Positions 19,032 to 27,579 of a stretch of DNA of 40,205 nt are shown here, piece by piece (position 1 is the first letter of the stretch; every line of letters starts with the position of its first letter). Position numbers and translations under genes: made by a program. Origin of the DNA: Oxalobacteraceae bacterium (GTDB lineage: Bacteria > Pseudomonadota > Gammaproteobacteria > Burkholderiales > Burkholderiaceae_D); contig JAIXQV010000254.1 in assembly GCA_027485535.1 (NCBI GenBank), positions 1-40,205 of the forward strand, written 5' to 3'. The notes beneath the pieces were generated by a model. It searched no databases, was not told the DNA's origin, and saw nothing but the letters and a program-made list of their open reading frames with translations.

Positions 19032-20375
19032 CTAACGCTCAAAATCTCGTGACCGATCTTTCGGTTTGCGCTCGCGCAGCGCCTTGATGCGATCCGTTGC
19101 CGATTGCGGACGCGGGTGCGTAGCCTGCCCAAATTGCCCAGCCAGACCGTCGCGCTTTTTCGGCTGACGGAGTTCGCCATAGCGATGCAGATCACGATGA
19201 AGTTCCCGAAGGCGATTTGCTTGCGCGTGTCGCAGCTCGCGAATTTGATTCTGTAGGGCTTGGCGTTCGCGCATCTGTGCGCTCACCAACAAGTGACGTT
19301 GCTCGCGGTCGCGTTGCAGCGACCAGTATGCTTCCAGTTCGTTCTGGGCTTTGACCTTTGCGTGTTCGCCGGTAAGTCTGTCCCACAATCCGCCGAGACC
19401 CCTCCGCAGCCGTTCGGCCCGCGCTTGGGTCTCAGCCTTGAGGCGTTCGGCTTGGCCGTGATCGAGCCGCTGGCGTTCGGCATCATGCAGCGCTTTGAGG
19501 CGCAGCCGCTCTTGTTCGACCGGCTTCATGCGTTCAGCAAATTCCGCTTTGGCTTCCGTGATGAAGGTTTTGATTTTCGGTTCGATATGCTGGGCGATAT
19601 GCGCGCGGGCTTCTTCGACAGATTGTAATGCCGCAGGATCACCGAGGCGACCGACAACTTCCTTCGCAGGCTTGCCGATCATACGGGCGATAGAGAGCAC
19701 TTCGCCATCATAGGTGACGGCAACATGGCCCCGCCGATCACCACGCGCGAGATACAGCCCGCGTTCCTGCAATGCACTGGCGAACGCCTGCGACGAGTCA
19801 GACGCCGCCCAGCATTCTTGCATGAGGGCTTTCATGTCTTTTGCGTTGTGACCGAGACGCTTGGCCTGTTGCCATTCGTCTAGGGTAAAATTGCGCGGAT
19901 CACGCTCTTTGGAATCGATGAACCCGCGCGGCATCTTCCAGCCGTTCTCGATATAGAGTTCCTTCGAAACGTCGCGCAGCTTGAGCTTGAAATGCGGCAG
20001 CGGCACCGCCGTCATGCTTTCGGCATCAATCCGACTCCACACCGCGTGGCAGTGGCGACGCCCTTCTTTTTCATGGAACACAACAACGCGCGGTTGATCA
20101 GTCAGACCATTGCGCTCTTCGATCTTGGCCAAGGCTTGCTCGAAAACTTCAATCCGCACGTTTTCGGTTTCGGGCGGATTGAGCGACACCGAGAACAGAA
20201 ACTGTCTGCACTTCGTCCCACGGCTGACCGCGTATGCTTCGTGCATCGCGTCCATCACGTCGTCCGAGATGAACCCGCGCACTTCGTGGATTTCGACGCG
20301 CTCATTCTCAGTGGTTTTGAGGAGGTGCGCCCCAAGCTGCTTTGCGCCGCCGCGTTGTGATGCTTTCAGGATCAT
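19032..20375 (-). CDS. Relaxase/mobilisation nuclease (MOBP-like) with coiled-coil C-terminus
   Basis: SVSLNPP motif II, HEKEGRRHCHAVWSR 3H motif, coupled to mobC. Confidence 0.88.
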   Translation of the reverse strand: MILKASQRGGAKQLGAHLLKTTENERVEIHEVRGFISDDVMDAMHEAYAVSRGTKCRQFLFSVSLNPPETENVRIEVFEQALAKIEERNGLTDQPRVVVFHEKEGRRHCHAVWSRIDAESMTAVPLPHFKLKLRDVSKELYIENGWKMPRGFIDSKERDPRNFTLDEWQQAKRLGHNAKDMKALMQECWAASDSSQAFASALQERGLYLARGDRRGHVAVTYDGEVLSIARMIGKPAKEVVGRLGDPAALQSVEEARAHIAQHIEPKIKTFITEAKAEFAERMKPVEQERLRLKALHDAERQRLDHGQAERLKAETQARAERLRRGLGGLWDRLTGEHAKVKAQNELEAYWSLQRDREQRHLLVSAQMRERQALQNQIRELRHAQANRLRELHRDLHRYGELRQPKKRDGLAGQFGQATHPRPQSATDRIKALRERKPKDRSRDFER

Positions 20376-20884
20376 AGAGCGGGCGGTTTCGGCTTGGCGC
20401 GTGGCGGACGATAGCGACCATGCAGGGTTGGCGATGATTCAGATCTGCCAGCAGACCCAGATACCGATGATGCAAACTCCATATGTAGCGACGTAGATTC
20501 TGACTTGCTCGCTTTCCCATCGACGAGGCCGAGTGCCACCATCAGCATGTGGCGGATGGAGGCGATATCGCGGCAGGCACCCTTCAATGCCGCTTCCGTG
20601 TCGGGCGTCATTGCAAGGGAGCCGGTGTTGGCGGCGTGGGCGAGCTGGTTCAGATTGTTGGCGAGGCGCGATTGCCCGAGCATCGCAAGCACGCTCGCCA
20701 GCGCCTTTTGATCCTTGACCGGAAACTTACCCCGACGACGCGGGGTTACCTTCGATCCATCGAAAATGCGTTCCCGCACATACGCCCCGAGCGACAGGCC
20801 AGCAGCGTCGCGTTCAAGCTGCGCCCGTTCCTCAAAGCTGAGGCGGAGCGAGAAGGGCGGCAGCGTTGGCTCTTTGGTTGCCAT
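20372..20884 (-). CDS. mobC: MobC relaxosome accessory protein (RHH)
   Basis: FSLRLSFEERAQLE..A.GLSLGAYVR and LGQSRLANNLNQLAHAAN. Confidence 0.88.
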   Translation of the reverse strand: MATKEPTLPPFSLRLSFEERAQLERDAAGLSLGAYVRERIFDGSKVTPRRRGKFPVKDQKALASVLAMLGQSRLANNLNQLAHAANTGSLAMTPDTEAALKGACRDIASIRHMLMVALGLVDGKASKSESTSLHMEFASSVSGSAGRSESSPTLHGRYRPPRAKPKPPAL

Positions 20885-20899
20885 CTTACATCCATCAAC

Positions 20900-20932
20900 A
20901 AAAAGCCTGTGCCGCCAGAGGCGGAACAGGCT
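20900..20932 (-). terminator. Terminator-like hairpin between the integrase tail and mobC
   Basis: AGCCTGT..CCGCC/GGCGG..ACAGGCT stem followed by T5 on the minus strand. Confidence 0.45.
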
Positions 20933-20941
20933 GTTAAGTGT

Positions 20942-21070
20942 CTATCCTGAAACGGCTTTCTTAGGCCGCCCAACTTGAGATGGATTCAGACTCGTGGTAC
21001 GAAGAACATCGTTCCACTCTCGGAGAATCTCGAATAATTGGTTCGAAGTTTCTCCGGTGAAGTGCACCAT
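20942..21070 (-). other. Detached natural 3' end of the element-1 integrase (restored in the excised circle)
   Basis: Read in the integrase-1 frame across the att core: MVHFTGETSNQLFEILREWNDVLRTTSLNPSQVGRPKKAVSG*. Confidence 0.7.
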
Positions 21071-22692
21071 TTGCGTACAAAACCACGAACATTCCCCTGC
21101 GGGGTGTTTTGCCCGGATAGGGTTGCGGCGAGCATGGTTTTGCTGCCGATAATCCTGATCGCGTTGTCATCGACCTCGACACGACTGATGAGCGTGCCGA
21201 GCCAGTCTTTCCGCGCACGGGTGTCCCCGTTTTGGAGCTTCTCACGTATGAGGCCCGTAAATGCGGCGATCTTCTCAGGCGTGATCGCGGCCCTTGCAGT
21301 GATATTGGCGGTGATCTGGCCGAGGGACGCAAGCGCAAGATCGCGCTCGTCCTTCAGCCGGGTAAGGCGCTGCTTGAGCTCGTCATCAAGTTCAACAACA
21401 CCCGCTTCAATGGCCTGGTAGAGCCTGCTTATGCGAGTGCGAATGGTATCGACCTCGATCTCGAGTTTTTGGCGGCGAGCGGCAATGGCGTGATCCTTTG
21501 CGGCCGCCCGTTCGATAAGATTGCCAAGTATCTGCTCGACCCGATGCGGCACAAGGACCCGGTCGGCCACGCCCTCGAGCACCATAGTGTCGAGCTTCGC
21601 CATCGGCAGATGACGGCCTTTGCAGTGCTGCCTGCCTTTCTGGTGGCAGCCCGCACAGCTGTAATAGCTGTAGCTACGACCCTGGCGGGTTGTGCCCGTG
21701 CGCGTCATTCCAGCCTTACAGGTTGCGCAAATTGCAATGCCAGTAAGCAAAGTCGGGCCATTGACGACGCGGGGCGGGGTAACCCGGGGGTTGTTCTGCG
21801 CGAGCCTAGCTTGCACCCGTTCGAACAGATCAAGAGGAATGATCACCGGAACGTCGATCTCGACGATGGTCGAGGGATCGTGCAGTTCACGGGTACGCGA
21901 GCTGCGAACGCCGTAAGGCCATTTGCCGGTGGCATAGCAACGGTTGGTCAGGATGCCGTGCACCGGCCCGACGCCAAAGGTGGCGCCCTTGCGGGTGCGG
22001 TAGCCATGCTCATTTAGCCAAACCGTGGTGCCCTTTACACCCATAGGCCCGCTGATGCCGTCGCCATTGGCATAGAGCGAGAACATCAGTCGGACGGTCT
22101 CGGCGTTAACGGGATCGACCTCGAGCTTTTTCTTGATCTTGGCGCCGCGGCGTTCGGCCTCGACGATCCGGTAGCCCAGCGGTGGAGTAGCCCCGTTCCA
22201 GAACCCCTGTTTAGCCGATTCACGCATGGACCGCGAGACGTTCTTGCCGTTTTCGCGCGACGTGTATTCGTCAAACACACCTATGATCTGGCGCATCAGT
22301 TCTTGGGAAGGATCGGTGCCGGTGGGCTGGGTGGTGGAGACCACTTCGACCCCGTGCTTGCGCAGGTTGCGGATGGTCAATTCCATCTCTGCACCATTGC
22401 GGTAGAAGCGCGAGAAGGAATGGATGCAGATGACATCAAAGCGGCGAGTTGGTGAGCGAGCCTCCTCGAGCATCCGCTGAAAAACCGGCCGCCGGTCATC
22501 AGTGGCGGACGCACCGGGTTCAAAGAACTCATCGACCACAACCCAGCCCTGCGCTTCGCAGTAGCGACGGTTGAGATCGCGCTGCGAGGGGAGCGAGACA
22601 TCGCCCGCTGCCTGTCGTCCGGTACTGACACGTAAGTACAGGGCTGCCCGTTTGGCGCTTGGGGCCGGGGTAGATGACGACTGGAATGCCAT
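20986..22692 (-). CDS. Large serine recombinase (integrase of element 2)
   Basis: LYLRVSTGRQ, HSFSRFYR, recombinase domain, CATC..YYSC..C Zn ribbon, coiled coil. The C-terminus crosses the att core at KWCT. Confidence 0.93.
   Translation of the reverse strand: MAFQSSSTPAPSAKRAALYLRVSTGRQAAGDVSLPSQRDLNRRYCEAQGWVVVDEFFEPGASATDDRRPVFQRMLEEARSPTRRFDVICIHSFSRFYRNGAEMELTIRNLRKHGVEVVSTTQPTGTDPSQELMRQIIGVFDEYTSRENGKNVSRSMRESAKQGFWNGATPPLGYRIVEAERRGAKIKKKLEVDPVNAETVRLMFSLYANGDGISGPMGVKGTTVWLNEHGYRTRKGATFGVGPVHGILTNRCYATGKWPYGVRSSRTRELHDPSTIVEIDVPVIIPLDLFERVQARLAQNNPRVTPPRVVNGPTLLTGIAICATCKAGMTRTGTTRQGRSYSYYSCAGCHQKGRQHCKGRHLPMAKLDTMVLEGVADRVLVPHRVEQILGNLIERAAAKDHAIAARRQKLEIEVDTIRTRISRLYQAIEAGVVELDDELKQRLTRLKDERDLALASLGQITANITARAAITPEKIAAFTGLIREKLQNGDTRARKDWLGTLISRVEVDDNAIRIIGSKTMLAATLSGQNTPQGNVRGFVRKWCTSPEKLRTNYSRFSESGTMFFVPRV
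21062..21070 (+). repeat. att core GTGCACCAT (right end of element 1 / left end of element 2)
   Basis: Identical to the tRNA 3' end at 110-118. Confidence 0.8.
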
Positions 22693-22741
22693 TGGGTGTT
22701 CCTAGGCTGCACTTGCCGGCAGCGCTGAGGAGCGAGCCGGT

Positions 22742-22909
22742 TCAGGATATGAGGAGGTGGAGTAGGTTGTCGCCAAGCAGGCGCTCGATGGCAGCGAGTT
22801 CTGCTGCCGTGACTGGCAAATCACTATCAAAGTCGCACAGCGCCAACCGCTGCTCGATTGCGCGAGCTGCGGTGGCACGGACCTGAACCTTTCGAGCTTG
22901 CTCGGGCAT
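22742..22909 (-). CDS. 55-aa protein upstream of integrase 2 (below the ORF-track cutoff)
   Basis: Manual translation MPEQARKVQVRATAARAIEQRLALCDFDSDLPVTAAELAAIERLLGDNLLHLLIS*. Confidence 0.55.
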   Translation of the reverse strand: MPEQARKVQVRATAARAIEQRLALCDFDSDLPVTAAELAAIERLLGDNLLHLLIS

Positions 22910-22997
22910 GCGCAGCGGGTGCCAGAGGGAAGCTGTTGGCGGGAGCGCGCATCCTCTGTCGTTTTCTGAAGGGCTGCGCGCAGATGATTGGGGATCA

Positions 22998-23753
22998 TCA
23001 TGTCAGCTCCGCTTCGGGACCGTCAGGGATGGCCGAAATCTCTGCTTCACTGAGGCGACCAACGATGTGTTCGGCTGATGGAAGCTGGGCCCAGTCAAGC
23101 CAATCCTTGTACTTCTTCAAGCAGCGCGTGATCGCATCTTCCAGCCCTTTGTTGCTGATACCGCAGGATTTAAGTACCCAGCTGCAGAGCTGATGGAACG
23201 GGCCGTTCGGCGTGCCTGATGGTCCCACGCCAATGATTTCGTTGGAATCGCGGGCAAGAAGCAAGAGCAATAGTTGCCGATCGGATTTCGGCTGGTTGCC
23301 TCCTTTATTCAGGGCGGCAATCGTGAGCCAGTTTGCAATTGGACGCCGCATTTGGTCGAGAAGGTATAGCATTACTTCTGGAGTTCTGTCGTTTAGCAGT
23401 CTGTCGTGATCCAGCGCGCTCGGAGCGGTCTTGCCGTGGATGTGGGCACCGGCCCCGCGCGACAGCAGAAAACTTATGGCCCCGTTCATCTCGAGGGTCG
23501 CCAATGCCTGCTGTATGTCGGAGCGTTGAAGCCCTCGGTGGGCGTTGGACAGCAACCGATCCAGGACTTTCAAGCTGCGTTTGATCTCGGATAAAGGAGC
23601 ATTCTTACCCAAATCTCTGCAGCCCCTTTCCGCCTCGATCAGGGTCGCGTTTAGCGCAGCGGCCCGCAAATCTGACAACTTCAAATTACGGCAAAGCTCT
23701 CTCCAGCTGTCCTCGACAGGAAGTACGAACCTCATTGACTGCTTTTTACCCAT
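22998..23753 (-). CDS. Hypothetical protein (251 aa)
   Basis: Start MGKKQSMRF after an AGGAGG RBS, overlapping the upstream recombinase stop. Confidence 0.7.
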   Translation of the reverse strand: MGKKQSMRFVLPVEDSWRELCRNLKLSDLRAAALNATLIEAERGCRDLGKNAPLSEIKRSLKVLDRLLSNAHRGLQRSDIQQALATLEMNGAISFLLSRGAGAHIHGKTAPSALDHDRLLNDRTPEVMLYLLDQMRRPIANWLTIAALNKGGNQPKSDRQLLLLLLARDSNEIIGVGPSGTPNGPFHQLCSWVLKSCGISNKGLEDAITRCLKKYKDWLDWAQLPSAEHIVGRLSEAEISAIPDGPEAELT

Positions 23754-24834
23754 TGGCTTTCCTCCTGATCTGCTCGAGCGTTGAGACGTAACGCTTCTGC
23801 CCCTCCTGGGCGCGCGCCTGGCGATAGTACTTCTCGGTTGTGCGGAGTGTCGTGTGGCCCAGCAACGGGGCCGCGGCGTGGATGTATTCGGGCGCATGGC
23901 TAGCAATGGTCGACGCTGCGATGTCCCGAAACCGGTGTGGGCTGATGTTTTCAGCAAATGCGGATGTGGTCTGGCGCGAAATGCGATCATAGATCGCGAT
24001 CTCGGTCATGGGTGATCCATGGCTTGAAATCCAAAGCCGCTCGCCTGGGTCTACCTTCCAACGCCCTACGCGCGTCATGAGAACAGGCCGGTGCTCTGCT
24101 AGATAGGTTTCCAACCAAGGGACGAGGTTTGGGTGCAAGGCTGCCTCGAAGTGCACGTGCGTTTTTGTCTGTGCCGGTGTGAGTGTCACGAACCACTGAT
24201 TTTGCCGGGAGACTAGGCTTTCACCCAAGGTCAGGGCCGTGAAGTTTTTGCGGCGCAGCGGCAGATGCACCAGCAGCAGAAGAATAAAACCGTCACGGTA
24301 CTGAACGGCGCGTTCTGTTCCCGACATTGCATCTGCCGCTTCCATCAGATCGAACGCCAGTGTTGCCACCTCATCGGCCATTACCCTGTTGGTCTTCGGA
24401 CGCGCCGGACGATGGCGAGCGCGGATATGCGAGGAGATGCGATTTATAAACCCAAATGCCTCGTCGGGTGCCAAGATCCGGGCCGCATCGATCAGTTCCT
24501 GTAATCGGCATAGGACAGTGCTGGTGCTGTTACCGATTTCTTCAAGGCGCCGAACATAGCCGCGAACCTGCTTCAGGGTGATCCGGGCCGCCACGGGCTC
24601 GGTCAGGCTGGCTGGGTCATTGAAGCGCAGGTGCGTGATGAAGCGTCCCCAGCCTTTGGCCGTCTTGCGCCGGCTGATTGGCGCGAGATGAGTGAGCTCG
24701 CCGCCGCTATCTTCCAGAATGCTGGTAGGGGCACAGGCTGCCTCCCATAACAGTCGGTCCTGTTCTGGCCAGAGGACAACTGGCAGGCATTGTCGCTCGG
24801 GGCATTTGCCATGACCATAGCGACCGCCGCTCAT
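23746..24834 (-). CDS. Tyrosine recombinase
   Basis: PLRRKN (R), QTKT (K), HRFRD (HxxR), LLGH, EKYY (Y). Confidence 0.9.
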   Translation of the reverse strand: MSGGRYGHGKCPERQCLPVVLWPEQDRLLWEAACAPTSILEDSGGELTHLAPISRRKTAKGWGRFITHLRFNDPASLTEPVAARITLKQVRGYVRRLEEIGNSTSTVLCRLQELIDAARILAPDEAFGFINRISSHIRARHRPARPKTNRVMADEVATLAFDLMEAADAMSGTERAVQYRDGFILLLLVHLPLRRKNFTALTLGESLVSRQNQWFVTLTPAQTKTHVHFEAALHPNLVPWLETYLAEHRPVLMTRVGRWKVDPGERLWISSHGSPMTEIAIYDRISRQTTSAFAENISPHRFRDIAASTIASHAPEYIHAAAPLLGHTTLRTTEKYYRQARAQEGQKRYVSTLEQIRRKANG

Positions 24835-26600
24835 GCCAGCCTCCGTGAAGCTTTGCCGGCGGGGACATTTGAAGCGCGCAGGCCCGCTAGGACCTGCGCG
24901 TAGAGGAGCCCTGCCTTGCGGGTCTCCGCACCCGAGTAAGCGCTGGTGGTCGTGTTTATCGATTTGTGGCTCAGCAGTTGCCGCACGACCTCATAACTGC
25001 CTGGATTGAGATCGAGAAAAATTTTGCCTGCGGTGTGCCGGAATAGGTGGATGTTGAACTCGAGGCCAAGGAACTCCCGAACCGTCTGCTTAATCTGCAA
25101 CGCGAGGGTGTGAGGCGATTTGGGTTGGCCGCCTTGCCCCGGAAACAAGGCTGTACTCTCGCCCTGCAGCAGATAGGGCCGGTACTCCCGAATGTACCAT
25201 TTGACGACCTCGAGAGCGAATGACGGGATCTGGAAGTCGATCGACGATCGGTTCTTGGTCTCGTGCTCAGGGATTACCAAGTAGACCCCGTTGCGATTGG
25301 AAACCAGATGCCGATTAAGATCAATTGCGGCCAGGTTGGTCCGCCGCAACGGGACCACCAGCAGTATCGCGATTGCCGCGGCCATCTGGGCATGACGCGC
25401 CTTAAGACGGGGTGGGCGCTTGTCCCGATCGACCTTTTTGCGGATCGTATCAGGAAGGCAGACCAGTTCGACGACTGTGGTCTCGTCATCGAATGGACGT
25501 AGCCGCTGCCTGTTCTTCGCTGTCATCCCGGAACTCTGTACCGCGACACGCGCAGAGAGCCGTCGCAGCTTGGCATGATGCTCGGCATCAACCTTGACCC
25601 AATGAAGCGCAACCTTGGTCAGGAAGGTCCCCATCTGTGCGACCCCACCTGAAGTAGGGCCGCCATTGCGCTGCATCATGAAGTGGAGGATCCGCTTTGT
25701 GTTCTGGATCTCGACCAGCGTCGCTATCGACTTGATCTCGCTTACCGGAACTGCCCCATGGACAAGGCACGATGCTGCCGCTCGTAATTGTCTGCGCCGA
25801 GATTGCGCCGTCGTGGGTCGGACCGGACGGAGCGGGCCAAGATCGATGTCTTCATCATCGTCATCAAACAGGATACCCTGCGTCAGTCTCCCGATGTAGG
25901 CCTCTACATCGGCGCCGAAGGAGGCCGGGAAGAACTCGATCGGGTAAGTGTAGCGATCGCGCTTATCCTCGCGCGGAATGGCTACCTGTGGCCAATCCGG
26001 AGAAGCGACCGCAGCCCGGTTCCATGCCCAGATGAAGTTATCCGCAGCGCTTTCAGCGTTTCGGCGCATCCGATCGTTCACAATGGCGTCGCAGTAGCCA
26101 AGCAAATCGGCCTCTGTGACCGTCGATGGGGTAACCCCTTTGCCGCTCAGATACCGAACGCCGGCGGACACCTTGCGAGCCAATTGATCCGGCAATGCAC
26201 CGAGCAGCCTTTCCCATTCCGGAAGCAAGGGGGTAGTGTTTCGGCTTGGTACGAGCTCGCGGACCAGTTCGATCGCCTTGCTCAACCCAGAGCAGACGTT
26301 TGCCCACCGGCGCTGGGTCATTCCTGCCGCCAACGGAGAGACTGATTCGCGGAGAATTCGGACCTGCCTCGGGACGGCCACGACGGCAGAAGGGTTCTTC
26401 TGGACGGCCCTGCAGAACGTGTTGACCGCGCTCTTGAGATCGCGCTTTTGTGTCGAATTTTCAAGCGTTTCGATCTTTTTCGAAACATCTTGAAGGGTAG
26501 GAATCGCAGTGTGAGAAGGCATAGTGACTGGCCTCAAAATGTCGTGATGACAGTAGCGGACAAGAGCAGATATTCGTGATTGCATAGCATACAAATTCAA
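24831..26600 (-). CDS. Tyrosine recombinase with long N-terminal region (true start possibly 26522)
   Basis: PLRRTN, ETKN, HLFRH, LLSH, TSAY. 4-nt overlap with the downstream recombinase. Confidence 0.9.
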   Translation of the reverse strand: MNLYAMQSRISALVRYCHHDILRPVTMPSHTAIPTLQDVSKKIETLENSTQKRDLKSAVNTFCRAVQKNPSAVVAVPRQVRILRESVSPLAAGMTQRRWANVCSGLSKAIELVRELVPSRNTTPLLPEWERLLGALPDQLARKVSAGVRYLSGKGVTPSTVTEADLLGYCDAIVNDRMRRNAESAADNFIWAWNRAAVASPDWPQVAIPREDKRDRYTYPIEFFPASFGADVEAYIGRLTQGILFDDDDEDIDLGPLRPVRPTTAQSRRRQLRAAASCLVHGAVPVSEIKSIATLVEIQNTKRILHFMMQRNGGPTSGGVAQMGTFLTKVALHWVKVDAEHHAKLRRLSARVAVQSSGMTAKNRQRLRPFDDETTVVELVCLPDTIRKKVDRDKRPPRLKARHAQMAAAIAILLVVPLRRTNLAAIDLNRHLVSNRNGVYLVIPEHETKNRSSIDFQIPSFALEVVKWYIREYRPYLLQGESTALFPGQGGQPKSPHTLALQIKQTVREFLGLEFNIHLFRHTAGKIFLDLNPGSYEVVRQLLSHKSINTTTSAYSGAETRKAGLLYAQVLAGLRASNVPAGKASRRLA

Positions 26601-26618
26601 CCCAGTTCTGACTGAGAC

Positions 26619-26966
26619 CTATTCACGACACGCTCTGTCTTCCTCGGAAACATGCGGCAGAGACGTCAGCATTGTAATGAGTTGGGAACGTGCAATACGG
26701 ACGGCTCTGCCGACCCGCTTTGCGGGCATGCGACCTGCTTTGATCATGCGGGAAACGGTGCGCTTCGAAAGGCGCAGATACCGGGCGACCTCGGCCAGGG
26801 TCAGCCACTCATCGGTCGCGAGAGGCGTTGGTCTGCCAGAGGCAGCTGCATCGACCTGCTTCGGTGCGACGAGGACCCATGCCGGCAAATCAGATGCGTC
26901 CGACCTCTCGATGGAACAAGACGTGTCGTTCTGATGTGGTTGGCGCCGAGGTGGTGCTTGAGGCAT
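26619..26966 (-). CDS. Excisionase-like helix-turn-helix protein (start uncertain)
   Basis: WLTLAEVARYLRLSKRTVSRMIKAGRMPAKRVGRAVRI. Confidence 0.75.
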   Translation of the reverse strand: MPQAPPRRQPHQNDTSCSIERSDASDLPAWVLVAPKQVDAAASGRPTPLATDEWLTLAEVARYLRLSKRTVSRMIKAGRMPAKRVGRAVRIARSQLITMLTSLPHVSEEDRACRE

Positions 26967-27240
26967 GGCGCATACGAACATGGCCATTCTCAGCGGGCAA
27001 ACGCAGAACCATCGGTATTTTGGGATAGGTTTTGCGTGGCGGGCGGTTACGAGAAGGGGCTGAACAGCACCGGTGGTTCGAAGCTTCCTCCCTCCGCCAT
27101 TTGCCGAACGCGACCGGCATCGAAACTTGTCTCGAAGACATATGAACCGACCTCTGATCTTCTTCCATGATCGGTTAGAGTCCGGCCCGTGAGTGAGGGT
27201 GCGTCGGTTTCGTAACCGGGCGTAATGTAAGTTTCCGGCC

Positions 27241-27273
27241 TTCATCTGCCGGGGTTAACCCCCGGCAGATGAA
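27241..27273. repeat. Perfect 14-bp inverted repeat
   Basis: TTCATCTGCCGGGG-TTAAC-CCCCGGCAGATGAA. Confidence 0.8.
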
Positions 27274-27284
27274 ACAAATTCGAC

Positions 27285-27532
27285 TGGTGTCAACCAGCCC
27301 AAGGATGTGTAACAATGGCATCAGTTATAATCCCGCCGCCACGCGTCGATCGTGCTCCTGGCGTCGGCCAGAGACAAGAACTAGTGGGTGTTCAGACATT
27401 CGTCGCGGAATCGCCTATTGAACGATTCCACAAATGCATTGTCAGTCGGCTTGCCCGGCCGCGAGAAGTCCAGCGTTACGCCGTTTTCATACGCCCAGCG
27501 ATCCAAGGCCTTCGAGATAAACTCCGAGCCAT
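27285..27532 (-). pseudogene. IS3-family transposase OrfB C-terminal remnant
   Basis: Manual translation GSEFISKALDRWAYENGVTLDFSRPGKPTDNAFVESFNRRFRDECLNTH*FLSLADARSTIDAWRRDYN*, with two internal stops and the N-terminus absent. Confidence 0.88.
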
Positions 27533-27579
27533 AGCACATTGTTAAGCGGACAAGTTGGCAGTGTGAAGTGAGGCAGTGG

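Larger units (their letters stand above)
21062..27280. mobile_element. Element 2: recombinase-rich integrated element (right boundary uncertain)
   Basis: Serine integrase ending at the att core, two tyrosine recombinases and an excisionase-like HTH, all on the minus strand. GC rises after ~27.6 kb. Confidence 0.65.

Noticed and set aside
20904-20950. Inverted repeat followed by TATCCTG upstream of mobC as oriT
   Set aside because: It matches the RP4 nic heptamer but is followed by A, sits 10 nt from the repeat, and coincides with the integrase-tail stop and a terminator-like hairpin. 6471-6503 fits better, so this is kept only as an alternative
22702-23001. 99-aa ORF upstream of integrase 2
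   Set aside because: Composition is not protein-like. The overlapping 55-aa frame (22742-22909) has a more plausible amphipathic helix
27315-27545. 76-aa plus-strand ORF
   Set aside because: It is the antisense of the IS3 transposase remnant
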